Shown piece after piece: positions 62,077 to 64,000 of a DNA stretch of 64,000 nt (its first letter is position 1; every line of letters begins with the position of its first letter). A program made the position numbers and the translations under genes. This stretch comes from Clostridiales bacterium UBA7044 (lineage in GTDB: Bacteria > Bacillota > Clostridia > Oscillospirales > Oscillospiraceae): the NCBI GenBank assembly GCA_002493965.1, contig DLAP01000022.1, positions 11,621 to 75,620 on the forward strand, in the 5' to 3' direction. Below the pieces are notes generated by a model. The model was not told the origin of the DNA. It worked only from the letters and a program-made list of their open reading frames with translations, and made no database searches.

Positions 62077-62784
62077 ATGATAACCCTATTGCTCTTAGAA
62101 GATGATTTCAGCCTGGTGGATGGGCTGGTTTATTCTTTGAAAAAGAATGATTATTCCGTGGAGGTTGCCCGTACCGTTCAAGAAGCTCTCGCCTTGCTGC
62201 CAGAGCTTGACCGCTTTGACCTGTTGATTTTGGATGTGACCTTGCCGGACGGGACTGGTTTTGAGGTTTGCGAAGCGGTTCGCCGCCAGAATGTCACGAT
62301 ACCGATTCTGTTTTTGACAGCATCGGATGAGGAAGTCAATGTGATTCGTGGACTTGACTGCGGCGGAGACGATTACATCACGAAGCCTTTCAAGCTGGGG
62401 GAATTGTGTTCCCGTATCCGGGCGCTGCTGCGCCGGAGCGGCTTACAAAAGCAGCCACGCGCTGACATCCTGCGTTCCGGCCCGGTGTCCATTGATCTTG
62501 TCACAAGCCGTGTCATGCTGAACGGCCAGCCTTTGGAAGTGACCAGCATGGAATACAGACTGCTCTGCCTGTTTTTGAAGAATGAAGGGATCACCATTCC
62601 CCGCAGCCGCATCATGGATCTTTTGTGGGATGGTAGCGGCAATTTTGTAGACGATAATACCTTGTCAGTGTATATCCGCCGTTTGCGGGAAAAAATTGAG
62701 GACGATCCATCCAAGCCAGCTCACCTGTTGACTGTCCGGGGATTTGGGTATCAATGGAAGGATGGAAAGGGGGCTGTGCGATGA
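62077..62784 (+). CDS. OmpR-family response regulator
   Basis: LLEDD, LDVTLPD, DDYITKPF, VYIRRLR.KIE, TVRG.GY. Confidence 0.95.
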   Translation: MITLLLLEDDFSLVDGLVYSLKKNDYSVEVARTVQEALALLPELDRFDLLILDVTLPDGTGFEVCEAVRRQNVTIPILFLTASDEEVNVIRGLDCGGDDYITKPFKLGELCSRIRALLRRSGLQKQPRADILRSGPVSIDLVTSRVMLNGQPLEVTSMEYRLLCLFLKNEGITIPRSRIMDLLWDGSGNFVDDNTLSVYIRRLREKIEDDPSKPAHLLTVRGFGYQWKDGKGAVR

Positions 62785-64000
62785 GTTTTCTGCGTGAAAA
62801 ACGTGCTCGTTTCTATTTCCTGTTTTTGAGCGGTATTGCTCTCGTGCTGTTGTTATTTTCCATCCTTATGACTTGGCAGCATACCCGGCAGGCACAAGAG
62901 CTTCTTCTGGAAAAAGAAGCCTCTCTTGCTTCCTCTCTTTTGGAGCAAGGAGTTTCTGCGGAAGTTGTTGCAGAAGCTATGAAAAGCGAATCTATCAGCA
63001 CAAACGGTTTGACATTTATGGAACAGATCGGACATACAAGTGCCACACCGCTGCCGCTGTCACCGCTGGCAAGACAGACAGCAATTTCGTTTGGGATTTT
63101 CACTTGTGTGATTCTTTTCCTGCTTGGATTCGCTGTGCTTTTTGGCTCTGCCATATATCTGCATCGCCAGGATGCGCTGTATCAAACTGTTATCCGCACA
63201 GTGAATGAATATTCGGACGGCATTTTCCAAAATCATTTGCCGCAAAACGAAAACGGCCTGCTATACCAGATGTTCGGCGGAATTGAAGAATTGGCTGTCG
63301 CTTTGCAGGCAAAAAACGAAAATGAACATAAGTCTAAAGAGTTTTTGCAGGAAATGGTGTCAAATATCTCTCATCAGCTGAAAACACCTCTGGCTGCGCT
63401 TTCCATGTATACCGAAATCATTATGGACGAGCCGGATCAGCCGGATACCGTAACTTCTTTTGCAGAAAAGTCAATGGCCTCTTTACAGCGGATTGAGCAG
63501 TTAATCGGAGCATTATTAAAGATGGCACGGCTGGATGCTGGCAGTATTGTTTTTGAAAAGAAGCCAATTCTCGTAACGGAACTGTTAGGGCAGGCGCAGG
63601 CACCTTTTGCGACAAGAGCAGAAATGGAAGGAAAGCAGATCATGTTGTCAGGCCCGCCTGATGAAATGCTTACCTGCGATTTTGAATGGACCAGCGAAGC
63701 AATCGGCAATCTTATTAAAAATGCGCTGGATCATACCGGGCGCGGCGGACTGATTTGCGTAGAGTGGAAACGCTCCCCGGATATGCTGCGGATCAGCGTT
63801 TCAGACAATGGATGCGGGATTTCTCAAGATGACATCCACCACATTTTTAAGCGATTCTATCGGAGCAAACATTCCAGCGACCATACCGGTGTAGGACTGG
63901 GCCTGCCGCTTGCGAAAGCAATCGTAGAAGGCCAGGGTGGAATAATTTCCGTAGTCAGCACTCCCTGCGAAGGAACAACTTTCACCATCTCCTTCTTCAC
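62781..64000 (+). CDS. Sensor histidine kinase (stop just outside window)
   Basis: Manual translation: MSFLREKR.., two TMs, ISHQLKTPL, NLIKNALDH, DNGCGI, FKRFYR, GVGLGL, GTTFTISF. Confidence 0.92.
   Translation, partial: MSFLREKRARFYFLFLSGIALVLLLFSILMTWQHTRQAQELLLEKEASLASSLLEQGVSAEVVAEAMKSESISTNGLTFMEQIGHTSATPLPLSPLARQTAISFGIFTCVILFLLGFAVLFGSAIYLHRQDALYQTVIRTVNEYSDGIFQNHLPQNENGLLYQMFGGIEELAVALQAKNENEHKSKEFLQEMVSNISHQLKTPLAALSMYTEIIMDEPDQPDTVTSFAEKSMASLQRIEQLIGALLKMARLDAGSIVFEKKPILVTELLGQAQAPFATRAEMEGKQIMLSGPPDEMLTCDFEWTSEAIGNLIKNALDHTGRGGLICVEWKRSPDMLRISVSDNGCGISQDDIHHIFKRFYRSKHSSDHTGVGLGLPLAKAIVEGQGGIISVVSTPCEGTTFTISFF

Larger units (their letters stand above)
27657..64000 (+). mobile_element. 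Tn1549-like integrative conjugative element inserted at the 3' end of rpsI (right end outside window)
   Basis: Complete co-directional T4SS/relaxase module begins just after rpsI; left boundary approximate. Confidence 0.88.

Noticed and set aside
27657..64000. Prophage interpretation (antirepressor, phage-like rep, DarB-like gene)
   Set aside because: No structural, terminase or lysis genes; a full T4SS and relaxase indicate an ICE

Overview
Two-part window from a GC-rich Clostridia (Oscillospiraceae-like, inferred) chromosome. About 1-27.66 kb is core genome: truA, copA, degV, thrE, sirtuin, the ylxM-ffh-rpsP-khpA-rimM-trmD cluster, a Zn ABC importer, tsaA, rluA-like, hprK, rpmB, dusB, ttcA and rplM-rpsI. 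It also carries small accessory inserts: a REP-like palindrome, a TA-flanked MITE-like hairpin, a Phd/RelE toxin-antitoxin pair and an ECF sigma locus. From the 3' end of rpsI to the window end is a co-directional Tn1549-like integrative conjugative element. It encodes parA/parB, a replication initiator with internal iterons, an antirepressor, T4SS genes (pcfB, virD4, maff2, virB6, prgI, virB4, CHAP hydrolase), topoisomerase III, an ArdC/YodL polyvalent protein, a 2545-aa methyltransferase-SNF2 helicase, mobC, an AbiE cargo, a relaxase and a two-component cargo. The integrase and right end are not in the window. Most striking observations: (1) a complete TnpV-family gene with its own RBS overprinted in the +1 frame inside the giant helicase gene; (2) a shared, fixed-length C-terminal motif on four unrelated ICE proteins (candidate T4SS export signal); (3) a PP-loop/PAPS-reductase-like gene with a CTG start inserted in the transfer operon; (4) an ECF locus with two identically spaced promoters framing a 30-aa peptide. 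All family calls are from motif recognition by eye, not database searches.
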